Origin: Lama glama
Lineage: Eukaryota
DNA: 64,000 nt
Direction: 5' to 3'
Assembly: GCA_028534125.1 (NCBI GenBank)
Contig: CM052817.1
Location: 105,650,001 to 105,714,000, forward strand
Position 1 is the first letter of the stretch; each line of letters begins with the position of its first letter. The notes under the pieces are model-generated. The model was not told the DNA's origin. It did no database searches and was given only the letters and a program-made list of their open reading frames with translations. The translations under genes were made by a program, and so were the position numbers. Shown one piece after another: positions 12,655 through 26,100 of the stretch.

Positions 12655-13320
12655 TTTCCAGTTATTTAATTATCCACTTATTCATCAGATGCTTATTTGG
12701 CATTTCCACATAAGGTCCACGTCTAGCTATGGCATAGATGGGATGATATGTTTAGGAGAAGCAGTAAAATTCTGAAAAAGCAGAGATATTGTATTGGCAG
12801 GGAAATCATGATAAATGAGGAGGGGACTAATAATTTGCAAAGAGGCAGGAGAACAAGGCGGTGTTACAGAAGGCAAGGAAAGAAAGCCAAAGATGGGAAA
12901 GGGCTCAACCACGCTGGGTGTGTGGGAAGGTCAAGGAAGGTCATTGCAGTATCTTTATGGGTTAGTGGTTAGTTCATCCTCATAGCATGTAGAAAATCAG
13001 TCTTCTGTTGGCTTAGAGATGAAAAAGGAGGTAAGAATTATAAAAATCTCTTTCCATGTTTTCAAAGGAGTGAAAAGAAGATAGTAGCTGCTGATGGGAA
13101 GGCTTGGGATTAAGGAAGATCTTTCTTTCTTCTTGAACAATGTATTGGTTTGAAAGGGTATTGGGAAAGAGGAAGAAATGTGGATAATGGACTGGGGGAA
13201 GGATGAAAAAATTGCTGTAGAGATCAACAAGAAAAGAGGGCAGATTTACCTTGGGAAGAAACAGAAAATTTCCTTTGAGAAGGAAATACAAGTGAAGATG
13301 TAGGTAGAAACAGGAAGTTT
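12655..13320 (-). mobile_element. Diverged L2 fragments
   Basis: tttattcatcagatgcttatttggc at the start, followed by purine-rich sequence typical of antisense L2. Confidence 0.45.
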
Positions 13321-13329
13321 GGGGATGAA

Positions 13330-13445
13330 GTTTTTTTCTTTTTTTTTCCCCCAGATTTTGTTGAACTACAAATGGCATATAAACTTGCATAAGTTTAACA
13401 TATACAACTTGACGATTTGATACACTTATATATCGTGAAATGATT
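13330..13445 (-). mobile_element. Short L1 3' terminal fragment
   Basis: A poly-T run followed by ...taagtttaacatatacaacttgacgatttgatacacttatatatcgtgaaatgatt. Confidence 0.7.
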
Positions 13446-14065
13446 TGGATTTACTTTCTAATCCCTTCTATTCACTTCATGATTTAAAGAGCAAGACCTC
13501 CTGCTCAGAGTGGGAAGTTAGTATTATCCTGGGAAGCATCAAACAAAGAATAAAGATTTGAAATACAAGTGGAGTGGGGTATGAAATATAACATAAAGGC
13601 CAAGCGAAATAAATAGCAAGCGACATCCTGCAAATTGAAACTTGGGAATTTGAACATTTGTAAATTTGCTTATGAATAGTCTAGTAATTTAATCAAAAAA
13701 TTAGAGACAGGGACACCAGATGCAGAGATATGTCATCTTGTTCTAGTTCTAAAGGGCAGACATGTTAGGATGATAAATGGACCAGGAAATTGATAATTCT
13801 GGCAATGGAGTAGAAAACATCTAGAAATGCTAGATTACACAGGGAAAGAGGGGAAGAAAGTGGGGCATATACACTTGAAGAGCATAAGGATATTGAGATG
13901 AGAGAATCTGAAGTAGGACTAAATTGGATGTTTCAAAAATTCCAGAAATTTCCATTGTTAAGTGTGTGGGTCTTATAAGAAAAATATGTTCTTTGGAGAG
14001 GACCACCCTTCACGTAAAAGAAGCTGATCTGGGCTTAAAACACTGTTCAGTCCCCATCTTTTAGA

Positions 14066-14360
14066 GCTGAGGGTCTGCAAATGAATAACCACAGACCAAC
14101 TGGGAAAGTTGCCTATTTTTGTAAATAAAGCAATTTTGCTTGTTTTTTGTTTGTTTGTTAGCTTTTTTGTTTGTTTTGTTTCTTTAGAACACAGCCACAT
14201 TCAATTTTTACAGTCTTGTCTGTGGCTGCGTTCACGCTATATTAGGACAAAGATGACTAGTTACCACAGAGACTGTATACCCCACAAAGTCTAAGATATT
14301 TACCATCTGACCTATTTCAGACAAAACAACAACAACAACAACAACAACACTGCCAACTGT
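14066..14360 (+). mobile_element. MER58A-like hAT-Charlie MITE containing (TTTG)n and (CAA)n expansions
   Basis: Motifs gcctatttttgtaaataaag, ttagaacacagccac, ctgtggctgcgttcacgcta and aagtctaagatatttaccatctgacc. Confidence 0.8.
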
Positions 14361-14650
14361 TTTGGAATAGTGAATCTCAACAAAGGATGAGGGGAATGAA
14401 GATGTGCAGTAAACTGAGAAAGAGTTTCAAGTGATTTAAGTGATCATACAGCTCCAAATGCTCCCACCTCTCCAAATCTCACACACACCCCTTGAGAGCC
14501 AGTGGCTCCTAGGAATGACATTTAAACTCATTTCCTATTCGTTTTTTATCTTCTTTCCCCAAACAATCATGTGTCCCTTATCCATCACAATGTGTCATGT
14601 CCCTTGCTACTGCACATGGCGTACGGTGTTCTTGTGATTGGGTATCACAG

Positions 14651-14651
<1 letters not shown>

Positions 14652-14681
<30 letters not shown>
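14652..14681. repeat. (AC)n microsatellite
   Basis: Uninterrupted AC run. Confidence 0.95.
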
Positions 14682-14684
<3 letters not shown>

Positions 14685-14749
14685 GAAAGAAAAGCAAGTA
14701 AAAGAAAAGATGAAAACCTACACAAATGAGCAGGAAAAACCCTGACCCT

Positions 14750-14915
14750 TAGGGTTTGGTAGAACCGAAGTCCAGCCCTTACCTCTGAGGTAAGCAATGT
14801 GCGTAAGATCATTCTCTGAGTCTCAGATTCTGATCATTAGTTCTTATCTGGGACATTAAGGAATAATCTATGTGAAAGCACCTCATATATTGCCAACATA
14901 CAGGAAATGGTTAAT
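14750..14915 (+). mobile_element. MIR fragment
   Basis: tctctgagtctcagattctgatc...ctatgtgaaagcacctcatatattgccaacatacagg. Confidence 0.55.
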
Positions 14916-15623
14916 TATACCCTGGTTTCCAGCTTGGAGAATACAATTCATTATTCAGGGATTAGCTTAAAATAATATTTAACCAAGATTTAGAAGTTGG
15001 ATTAATCATTCGCTTAACCCTATTGTTAAGCATGGACCACATCAATTTCCATATAAAATATTGTTTACTTTAGGTATTTCAGGCAAAAGACTGAAAATCT
15101 TGCAAACAAATCATGCATTATTTTCTTTCTGCCTTCCATGCCTAATAATTGCAGTTATATAAAGCAGATTCAATAACACACTTGAAAAATGGCATTTTTC
15201 AAATATTATACTTGTATGATGAGCTCACTTAATTCCTTTATGGCATGTCTTTTCACATGTATTCTCCTGCAAATGAACCATATTGGTATGAATTAAAACT
15301 GTCACAATCGCTGAGGACAAAATGGATTCTGAATATTAAAAATAAATACATAAATGAAATGATGGTTATCCATACGTGACACTTTTTATGCAATGCAGGA
15401 AATAGGAAATGAATATAAAATATGGTGTGTGTGCCTTTGATAGAGTATTGGGGTCTCTGTAATAGAATGGCAGCGTAGTTTATGAAACACTTGAATGCAC
15501 TTGGAATAATTTGGCATGTCTCCAAAGCATGGAAGGAGGAAGGAAAACAGTTTAATTAGGACAAGCTAAGAGAACTGTTTGGCTGTGTAATCGGAAATCA
15601 CTCTACCAAAGCTGAAATTGTAG

Positions 15624-15797
<174 letters not shown>

Positions 15798-15800
15798 TGA

Positions 15801-15830
15801 ACACACAAACACACACACACACACACACAC
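15801..15830. repeat. (AC)n microsatellite starting about 12 nt downstream of the exon end, truncated by the gap
   Basis: acacacaaacacacacacacacacacacac followed by N. Confidence 0.9.
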
Positions 15831-16330
15831 NNNNNNNNNNNNNNNNNNNNNNNNNNNNNNNNNNNNNNNNNNNNNNNNNNNNNNNNNNNNNNNNNNNNNN
15901 NNNNNNNNNNNNNNNNNNNNNNNNNNNNNNNNNNNNNNNNNNNNNNNNNNNNNNNNNNNNNNNNNNNNNNNNNNNNNNNNNNNNNNNNNNNNNNNNNNNN
16001 NNNNNNNNNNNNNNNNNNNNNNNNNNNNNNNNNNNNNNNNNNNNNNNNNNNNNNNNNNNNNNNNNNNNNNNNNNNNNNNNNNNNNNNNNNNNNNNNNNNN
16101 NNNNNNNNNNNNNNNNNNNNNNNNNNNNNNNNNNNNNNNNNNNNNNNNNNNNNNNNNNNNNNNNNNNNNNNNNNNNNNNNNNNNNNNNNNNNNNNNNNNN
16201 NNNNNNNNNNNNNNNNNNNNNNNNNNNNNNNNNNNNNNNNNNNNNNNNNNNNNNNNNNNNNNNNNNNNNNNNNNNNNNNNNNNNNNNNNNNNNNNNNNNN
16301 NNNNNNNNNNNNNNNNNNNNNNNNNNNNNN
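15831..16330. other. Assembly gap (500 N)
   Basis: Run of N. Confidence 1.
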
Positions 16331-18639
16331 CCATTCCCTCTCCACTAATGTGAGCAAAACAAAGAGACTAATGTTTTCTTGGGTAAATACTATTTTCAGA
16401 ATTAAGTCAGAAAGAAGGAAACATATCCCAGGGAGACCTCAGGGTAACATTGAATTGGCCAGTGCAAAATAGTCCTATTTAATAAATGTCTCAATGAAGA
16501 AATTGGACACTCAGTGTATGGTACACTCATCTTGGGACCATCAGGACATTTTGTAATTTAAGATCACAAGTTTTTCCATGATTAAGCTGACTGAAATTCT
16601 TTTATAAAAGTTATTGTTGGTTTATAATTCTCCTGTTAATATATTTATATCAAAATTCTTATTGCAGAACACACATCTGGGTTCTCCATCATAAAAACTG
16701 TATGAGAACTAAGACATATTTAAAGTATTTTGGGGAAGAACATTTCAGTTCTAGGGTTAGTCATCTTTTTGATGGAATTACGTGTTAACTTCTTGCTATA
16801 GGATGAGGATTTAACAGGTGGAGAATGTCAGGTTTTACTTTCTTATTTAACAGCACCCAGCCCGGAGTTTATTGATTGTGCCTAAAAGCAAATTAAAAGC
16901 AATATGGAATTCACTTTCATCAACACAATGTAAACGCTAACCAATTATAAAAGACAAATCGAATTTACTGCAGAACTTGCCATGGGCCTGCTAAAGCTTT
17001 TAACATTTGGCGAAGAATGTCTGAAGGGGCATGTTAAATACCTGTTCCTCAACACTTCCCCCTCAAACAGTATACTGTTTCTCGTCATTAAAAAACAAGA
17101 CATAAAAATCATATTATTGCTGTAAGTTGCTTTGTTTTTGAGTCATAACATAGTCCTTATCTTTGAAGGTGTGTTTCTCTGTATGTTTAGCAAACATATA
17201 ATTTTGTTTTCAAAAAAATATATGTACATATGTATATAAACCTGTATTGTGTGTATACATACACGTGTGTGTGTGAGTGCGTGCCAGGCACTGTTCTAAA
17301 CAGTTTAACATTTTTAGCTCATTGAATGCTCACAAAATCCTCAGACTGTCTGATTTTCTGTTGTAGTTCATGCAATTTCTTTAGAAATCTGTTCTAAGAA
17401 GAAATTAACCTTTGTTAACTTTTCGTCAGCTTGTTTCATGAGACATTATGTCATTTTCTATATGAACACTTTCTCAGACAGTGTGAAGTCACCCCCAGAT
17501 ATATACATATAATTTTTATCTGGTGACTACTAGAAATTTCAGATGCTAAGTTTACGACCTACTTCTGTGATCATCCTGGTCAGGTATCTGTTGCATTTTA
17601 TTGCCCTGCTACTAATCTGTTTTATAATGTCTTTAAAGATATACAAATGTAACTGAAGTATAAGCTATATATTTATCCAAAATGCTTTACATGTGATGAT
17701 ATTTAATGCATTAGCAATTTGTAATTTTTAATTTCCCTCACAAAATATTTGTCTCAAAATCTTTATTTATCTGAACGATAACTTTTTAAGTCATCAATTC
17801 CCTTCAAAGAATGGATATATTTTATTTTATATCATAATTAAAAATAATCAGATATCTATGTTAACATTGTATGTAGTATAAATGTATTGAACATGTATAT
17901 GTGAATATGTATATTGAATATTAAAAATGAGGAGTTCAGAGCATGAGAGGAGTAATAAAAATTGCTAAAAATAATACTCTTTCATAAAAATTAAGGTTCA
18001 GTGCAACAGCATCTACCATCTTTAATTTTTTCTTTGCACATACACTAATTAATATCCCAGTAATTTTCTATTCCTCTAATTATTTTGTTCTCTCAAATGA
18101 CAATAAAGAAAACCCTTTGGTAGTCATAATGATAGGTTAGAATATACTTTTATGCAATTTGGGAGGGGGTCAACATTTCTACTAATTTATTTTCTATAAC
18201 GTATGATGATCTTGAGTTCTCTTTGTATACATAACATTATGCGCCATGTGCTACTTAGAATATGTCATAATCGTTTTATTTTTTAAATTCTCTAATTAAC
18301 CCTGTGGTATTTTCTCTAGAAATGGAAGATAGAGCAAAAGAGGAAGTCACTTTGCTTGCCACCTACCTAAAACAGTAGGGTTTCTAAGTGAATTAGAAGG
18401 CAGAGTTTTTCTCTTATGAACTGTAGCTAATTACCCACAGTTGTTTAATATTGTCACTATTCTTCATCATGGAAAACCCACAACCAATCATTTATCCATA
18501 AAGAATTATCAAAGTCAAGTCACTTCCTGACAGTGGTAGGCTTACAATTTCTATGTAAGAGAAGCTTAGGTGTTGGCAATCTGACCAAGATGATGTTAGT
18601 TAGAAAAATGTTCCTAGTGAGCAGTTGCTTACACTAATG

Positions 18640-19110
18640 TTGTGCGGTGTCCCACCTGGTCCTTATGACCCCCCTCTTCTGTTATATTCATCCTTGTCAT
18701 CTCCTCCCACGTTGAAATTGGTCAGGTCCCCATCATGCATAAAGTAGGGTGGAGGTGAAGCCAGTTCATGAAGGGCATTGAGGCTCTGCCTGGCCCTCGT
18801 GGGTCACTTGTCCTGGGGAAGACCAACTCCCAGCATGTGAGGACACTTGAGCAGCACTGGGGAGAGTCCCATGAATCAAGAACTGTGACCTCCTGCCAAC
18901 AGCTGACTCTAAGTTGCCAGCCGTAGAAGTGAGCCAGCATGGAAGTGGATCCAAGTCAACCCTGCAGATGACTCAGGAAAGCCTCATGGAAAACTCCAAG
19001 CCAGAACCCTCCCAGAGAAGACACTTCCACCAAGACGTAAAGGTTCTTTGTTGTTATTTTAGGCCACTAAGTTTGAGACACATTCTTATCCATCATGTCA
19101 TAACAACTGC
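18640..19110 (+). mobile_element. MaLR LTR (MLT1-type)
   Basis: tatgacccccctcttctgttatattcatccttg at the start and tgttgttattttaggccactaagtttgag near the end. Confidence 0.75.
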
Positions 19111-20559
19111 AGATGGTCTGCTTACTTGGTTTGGCACTGGAGGGAAAGGCGGATACCATTTTGATTTCTTTTGTGTGATGGCTCAAATCTTTGACATGGA
19201 AATACTTCTTGCATCATGGTTTCAGTCTGACTCATTTGGTTGCCTGGAGTAGACACTCTCTATTTGTTTAAGTAGAGGTTATCGAAAATTGATGTGAATG
19301 TTACACTGGCAACATGAAACAGCCAGAGATGTATGTGTATTCTGAACCCAGAGACTGACATGACATAGTCAGACAATGGCTGAGTCTCTTGTCTCTCCAG
19401 TGGGTTGCATAGCTCTTCCTTCCTTTCACGTCTTCTTGAGTTCTGGTCTGCATTATCATAGATTATCATAGCCCTCACTCTACGCCCTGGTGCCTTTTGC
19501 TTTACATCCTTACAATTCTGGCTCTCTGTGCTCTCCAATTTCTAACATGATTTCTTGGTTCAAATTACCTTCCCCTCCAAAAGAAACTTATGACCCCATT
19601 TCATCACTTCATAGACATGAAAAGCATGGAGTCATGTCTCGTTTATGAGTTGAATGCTTTAATGTGAGCTTGGCACTGCAGCCTGGTCAGCCAATGCTAG
19701 ACATTAGACTGGGGATCTGTGTAGTCATAGGAGAATCGTCTTCAATCAGTGCTGAAAGAGTGACAGTTTCCCTTAAAAGTGGCTTTGAATTTGGCATATG
19801 GCAGGCAACGTATCTGTCATATCACATAGAGCATTCCATCCCCGAAATAGTACATTTTAAATGTCTCCGTATGCACATTCAAAGAAGTTTCAACTACCAT
19901 CACACTAACCACATGTTTTCTCAGATACATCAAATTTTTATCTATATTTTAAACATTGCCCTTTTTCATTTGCCTGCTGAAGTTCAGTCAATTTCTTCAG
20001 TCCAAAGGGAAAAACCATCAATAAGACATCTAGCTAAAATGTTACTGTGAACAGAAATGCACTTTATCAAAAAATGTTTGGCGCTGTTGCAAACCTTGCA
20101 CTTTCGAAGACAAGGACCAGCAAAAAACTTATTCAGTGGAAAAGCCAAGCTGTTTACACGAATAGCCATGGAAAATAACTGTTCAGTACTATAGCAAGCT
20201 GCTATGTATACTGTCTTATTGCTGTTGTTTATGTAATAATATTCACCCCCCTGTATATATTTTCACAAAGAGATGGCATACTATATATCAAATCCATCAT
20301 TTGGAATATAATTGCAAGTCCCTAAATATAAAATAAGGCTGCTTATTGAAAGGGCATTAATAAAAGTTTCAGGCATTAATAAAACTTTCTGTTGCTAGTT
20401 TCCAGATAAGTTTCGGTTATCTGTTCCTTTGAACCATAGTTTCATTATAAGGCATATGTTATCTTCAGAAAGAATTTTACGTTTCAGCTAAGTCATGAAA
20501 AAATATTGAAAACTGGAGGTCTGTAACTCTGAGCTTTGGATTGTCTAAGTATAAATAAA

Positions 20560-20990
20560 AGATCTCAGGACAGATCATGTTATGATCCATTAAGAAATGC
20601 CCCAGATGTTTCACAAGATTGCATATGTAGTGAAAATGAGTCATTGACCCCAACTCATGTTCCAGACAGGCTGACTATAGATAAAAAAAACTAAGCTGGA
20701 TCTTAAAGGACAAATCAGGGCAAATTAGGTCAAGAACTTAGGTAAGAGGATTCCTGTAGATGTAACATGTCTAAAGATGAAGAGATTCAAAATGACTTGA
20801 TGTTTGGAATGTGAGTTTAAAATGACACGTGCATATCATGGAAGGCTTAATGTGCTATGCTAAGGATCTGAGGATTCTGAGCTCATACACATACACACAC
20901 ACGCATGCTCACATTACGTTTTTAAGCAAATGAGTGACCTCATCAAGCCTGCATTGATTATAAGTAGCTGTTTATAATGTGTGAAGGAAA
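20560..20990 (-). mobile_element. Diverged L2 fragment
   Basis: ctaagctggatcttaaaggac...atcatggaaggcttaatgtgctatgctaagga...ttttaagcaaatgagtgacc. Confidence 0.55.
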
Positions 20991-21378
20991 AATTAATGTG
21001 ACAAAGTAAAATCATTTCTATATATAAGCAGCTTTTTTTAAAAATGTGACAAATATCAAAGTAACATACTAATGGAAATAATGGATTAAGGACATAAATA
21101 GAGGAGAATTTTATTTATATATTGCAAACATCTTCAATATAATTTATAATCAAACTAATATGTGTGTATATAATATACATATACTCACATTTGGTAAGCT
21201 TGCACACGCAGGATTGCTCACACACATATACACAACTTATAGTGCATGAACACTGTCTGGTGGTGTTGGCAACTACCTTTGGAAATCAATCTATTGACAA
21301 GTCTCAATGGCTTTAGATATTTCCCTGCCCTTTGCAGGACCATGTACTAATGGGAATAAGTCCATAGAAGGATGATCA

Positions 21379-21403
21379 TCACACACACACACACACACAC
21401 ACA
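21379..21403. repeat. (CA)n microsatellite
   Basis: Uninterrupted CA run. Confidence 0.95.
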
Positions 21404-21899
21404 CGTGTACACATTTGTATCTATGGATACGTCTACATGAATGATCAGTCAACAATATTTACAGAGTTCCTATTATACTATCCTTTGATCTAGGTACTAG
21501 GTTTCAGTTGATGAATGACGGACAATTGTATTTTTAAAAATTAGAAATCCATGTAGTGGAATAGTGTACAATGATTAAGACTAGACATGTTATGATAAAT
21601 GGTAAATAAACAAACAGGATTTGAAATGATTAGTGTATGTTGCAAATGCATATATTGTATCAGAAACACTCCCATTTTGTATGCAATTATATAAAAAATC
21701 AAAAATAATGTGAAGTCATATAAGGAAAATACATTCAGCTACTAAACCTGTGTAATTGGATTCAAAGTATTTTTTAAATTTAATGCACATTCTAACTTTG
21801 TACAATATAATAGAATATGTTCTAAACAGACAATAACAATACATGCAATTATTAAATTAAATAATTTCAGAATAAATGTTATCTTTATAACATTCATTC

Positions 21900-23585
21900 T
21901 CTTGAGCTAGGAATAATATAGTGTCCCATCTAAGCATATTTTTAGTGACTATTACACTTGATTTGCTATACTTTTTATATTTTAGTAAATTGTTGATACA
22001 TTACACTTTGAGGCAATTGTAAATGAAATCTTCTATTGTATCTTCTAATTCTTGCAAGAGAATATAGAATTGGGGGTATTTATCTTGTGTCTTGTCACTT
22101 AACTCTCTTGTTAATTTTATGTGTACTTTTAATTTAATCTTTGTGACTCTTTTTGTTCTCACATTTTGATTATTTTAATTACTAACTTATAATACTTCTA
22201 TAATTTATATTTATTTCTGGGTTACATGAATTGCTCAGTCCACCAAAGTTAATTTCTGTTGACAATCCCAATCCACTATTTGATTCTCAGTTTATTATTC
22301 TTGGTTTGTTCATTTTTTATTAGTATAAAATATGCCCCTACTCTTAGTTTGCTAGGTTGCTAAGAGGATATTACACTTAGTAGTATGCAATGCACTTTAT
22401 CAGATTACATTCTTAAATTTAAATTATTTTATTATTCTCATTTGATATACTAATATACTATTGATTGATTGATTGATTTGATGAATTGACTTCTTAATTT
22501 AATTTCTACCAAATCCTTCTTTCATTCCAAGAAGATTCCTGTCTATGATCAAACATCTAATACCCTGGTGAATTTTGCTTCCATTTGACTTATAATTTGT
22601 TTTATTAGTGAATGTGTGCTGTAATTCCTTTTGTTACTAATATCAATTATTGGCATCCTTTATGCTGCCTTAACAAAATGAATAGGAATGTTTCCATCTT
22701 GATCTACATTCTAACAATATTGAATACAACTGGAATTATATAATTCCTGAAAGGCAACAAATACTCTTTATAGAGGCCTCAGACCCTAAGAGCATCTTAG
22801 GAATAAACTTTTTTTAAGCAGTTTATTTAGTACCAAAGTTTCTATTCAAATTTCTTCTTTATATTCAGTTTGGATATTTATAGTTCCTTGGATTTTTTTA
22901 TTATACACAGCCTATCAAATTTATTGCCAACAATTCTACATGAATTTAAAATTATAATTTTTATAATCATTCCTTCTTTCTTCCCTCTCTCCCTCCCTCC
23001 TTTCTCTTCCCCCTCCTCCTCTCCCTCCTACTTTTTCTTCTCTCTCTTTCTCATCTATTTTGCATTAAATCTATCACTATCTTTTGGCCAGAACTCTTTG
23101 GGCCCACATGTTGAATTTTTTTCATTTTTGCCTTTTTCTTGTTTTATATGGACTGTGATTATATTTGACTTTTTAAAAATATTTAATTTGTCAAAGAACT
23201 TTGTGAGTTTAAACGTGTTGTACATTTTCACATTTGTTTTCTTGTTGTCAGAAAATGTCTAAACAACTTATAGTTATTGGAATCTGCCTACAGAATACAG
23301 AAAGACTTCCTCTTTTCCAGTTACTTTGTGACCACTCTTGAATACCTTTCAAGAAACTTTGAAAATGAAGCCCTTTCTGTTTGTATCAAACAACATTTAT
23401 TATAAGAACACTAATTCAGTCACAGTAATTGTATTATTGAAACTTCAGGTTTTTTCCCTTCATTTTTCAAATACTGCAAGTGATGAGTTAAGAAGCAGAA
23501 TATGATTGTAGATTTATAAATTTTGTATCCAGTCCAAATCGTTTTTCACTCATATTTTAATGCTATGTTTTTAGTTTATATAATT
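21900..23585 (-). mobile_element. Ancient, highly diverged L1M fragments
   Basis: T-rich sequence with antisense-ORF2-like patches (gcaattgtaaatgaaat, ctactcttagtttgctagg, tgctgccttaacaaaatgaatagg). Confidence 0.55.
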
Positions 23586-23587
23586 CT

Positions 23588-24040
23588 ATTTTATTTGAAT
23601 TTTAATTGAAGTACAGTCAATTTACAATGTGTCGATTTCTGGTGTAAAGCATAATGTTTCAGTCATACATATACACACATGTATTCCTTTTCATATTCTT
23701 TTTCATTGTATGTCAGGACAAGATATTGAATATAGCTTCCTGTGCTACACATAAGAAACTTGTTGATTATCTATTTTATACATAGTAGTTAATATTTGCA
23801 AACCTCAAACTCCTAATTTATCCCTTCCCTCTCCCATTCCTCCGGTAACCATAAGTTTGTTTACTATGTCTGTGAGTTTGTTTCTATTTTTGCCTTCTTT
23901 TTTTTTTAAATTCCACATATGAGTGATATTATATGGTATTTTTCTGTCTTTTTTTCTGGCTTGCTTCATTTAGAATGACAATCTCCAGGTCCATCAATGT
24001 TGCTGCAAATCATAATATTTAATTCTCTTTATGGCTGAGT
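23588..24040 (-). mobile_element. 5'-truncated L1 3' end (camelid-type 3'UTR)
   Basis: ttaattgaagtacagtcaatttacaatgtgtc...caagatattgaatatagcttcctgtgctacac...tttatggctgagt. Confidence 0.9.
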
Positions 24041-24179
24041 CCTCTCATTTTTCAGATACTGAAGGGGATAAGTTAAAGAAGTAAAATATGACTATAGATT
24101 TATACATTTTATATCAAGTCCTAACAGTTTTTGCCTCATATTTTAATGCTATGATTTTAGTTTATATAATTTTAAATTT

Positions 24180-24225
24180 GGGGTGAAGGTATATCTTAGA
24201 GATAGAGCACATGCTTAGCGTGTGC
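24180..24225 (+). mobile_element. 5' head only of the tRNA-derived SINE
   Basis: ggggtgaaggtatatcttagagatagagcacatgcttagcgtg aligns with the 5' ends of the SINE copies at 9302-9444 and 29947-30139. Confidence 0.65.
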
Positions 24226-24264
24226 TCCAATATTGTTTCTTCTGCATTGACGGTCAGAGTTTTT

Positions 24265-25440
24265 AAAAATAAACTTAAAATGGCTAAAAGATGTAAATAT
24301 AAGGCAAGATGCTATAAACATCTTAGAAGAAAACATGGGCAAAAGATTATCTGACATAAATCTCAGCAGTATTCTCCTAGGGCAATCTACCCAGGCAAGA
24401 GAAATACAAGCAAAAATTAACAAATGAGACCTAATTGAACTTACAAGCTTTTGCACCGCAAAGGAAACCATAAGCAAAACAAAAAGGCGCCCTACAGAAT
24501 GGGAGAGCATATTTCCAAAAGATGAGACTGACAGGAGCTCAATTTCCAGAATCTGTAAACAGCTCATACAACTTAATAAGAAAAAAAATAAACCCAATTC
24601 AAAAATGGGCAGAAGACCTAAACAAGCAATTCTCCAAGGAAGACATACAAATAGCCAATAGGCACATGAGAAAATGCTCAATATCACTAATTATCAGAGA
24701 AATGCAAATCAAAACTACAGTAAGGTGTCACCTCACTCCAGTCAGAATGGCCATCATTCAAAAGTCTACAAGTGATAAAAGGTGGAGAGGGTGTGGAGAA
24801 AAGGGAACCCTCCTACAATGCTGGTGGGAATGAAGTTTGGTGTAGCCATTATGGAAAACAGTATGGAGATTCCCCAAAATACTGAAAACAGACTTACCAT
24901 ATGATTTAGCAATCCCACTCCTGGGCATATACGGAAGGGAACTCTAATTCAAAAAGATACATGCGTCCCAGTGTTCAAAGCAGCACTATTTACAATAGCC
25001 AAGACATGGAAACAACTTAAATGTCCATTGACAGATGACTGGATAAAGAAGTTGTGGTATATTTACACAATGAAATACTACTCAGCCATAAAAAAGAATA
25101 AAATAATGCCATTTGCAGCAACATGGATGGACCTGGAGAACATCATTGTAAGTGAAGTAAGCCAGAAAGAAAAAGGAAAATAGCATATGATATCATTTAT
25201 ATGTGGAATCTATAAAAAAAAGACAAATGAAGTTATTTACAAAACAGAAATGGACTTAGACAACAAACTTATGGTTACCAAGAGGAGAGAGGAGTGGGAA
25301 GGGATAAATTGGGAGCTTGAGATTTGCAGATAATAAGTATGATATATGAGATAGATAAACAAGTTTCCACTGTACAGCACAGGGAACTATATTCAATATC
25401 TTGCAGTAATCTATAATGGAAAAGAATACAAAAACAAAAG
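24265..25440 (+). mobile_element. L1 3' ~1.2 kb (ORF2 C-terminus and 3'UTR), frameshifted
   Basis: Track ORFs 24522..24833 ([30 protein letters not shown]...) and 24971..25183 (ALFTIAKTWKQLKCPLTDDWIKKLWYIYTMKYYSAIK) are L1 ORF2p. A 3'UTR and A-rich end follow. Confidence 0.95.
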
Positions 25441-26100
25441 AAGTGTTTCTGTCTTAATATTTTATTGATTCAGTCAATATGCAATATTTAACAAACATAT
25501 TGTCTGTTGCCCAGAAATAATTTAACATGAGCCATTAGTGTGCATTAAAATAAACAGGATATACACAGGTACATTTTATTCTGTCTGATTTAAAAAGTGA
25601 AAACATGTACTGCTTAAAATTAAGCTACTTCTGCATTCAAAGTCCTGTATTGAGATGAACTCTTCTTGCTCCAAAATATTGCATGTGGTGTAGGCATATT
25701 GCATATTATGATTCTTGAGAATTTAAAATATGTAACTTTTTCAGTTTAGTAACTTTTAACTATGCTGTCAAATAAGCAGTTTTAGTGCATATCCTAAAGT
25801 TATATGTTAATAAAATAAACTTTAATATCTCATTCTTTTCAGTAATACACAAAATGTTTTTTGTTTATTAGCAAAATCTTTATTCCATAGAATTGGCTAT
25901 TTCAAGACATGAACAGAGCAGTAATATCTACTCATAGCATTTTACTGTTTTATTAATATAGTTAGTTAAATTCACCATTACTACACTTATGTGAGTGTTG
26001 TAACCTGGAGACTGTGACCTCTTTAATAGTTATTTGTATTACTCTGCAAATGAATTTACTCATTTTTCTTTTTCTCCTTTTTCTCTTTAACATGCTGCAG

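Noticed and set aside
22870..23262. 130-aa hydrophobic ORF, and similar F/L/I-rich ORFs elsewhere
   Set aside because: Produced by T-rich and pyrimidine low-complexity sequence of decayed antisense L1; no recognisable domain or supporting gene structure.
24196..25183. ORFs of 163, 103 and 70 aa as host genes or an active L1
   Set aside because: Sense and antisense frames of a 5'-truncated, frameshifted L1 ORF2; not capable of autonomous activity.
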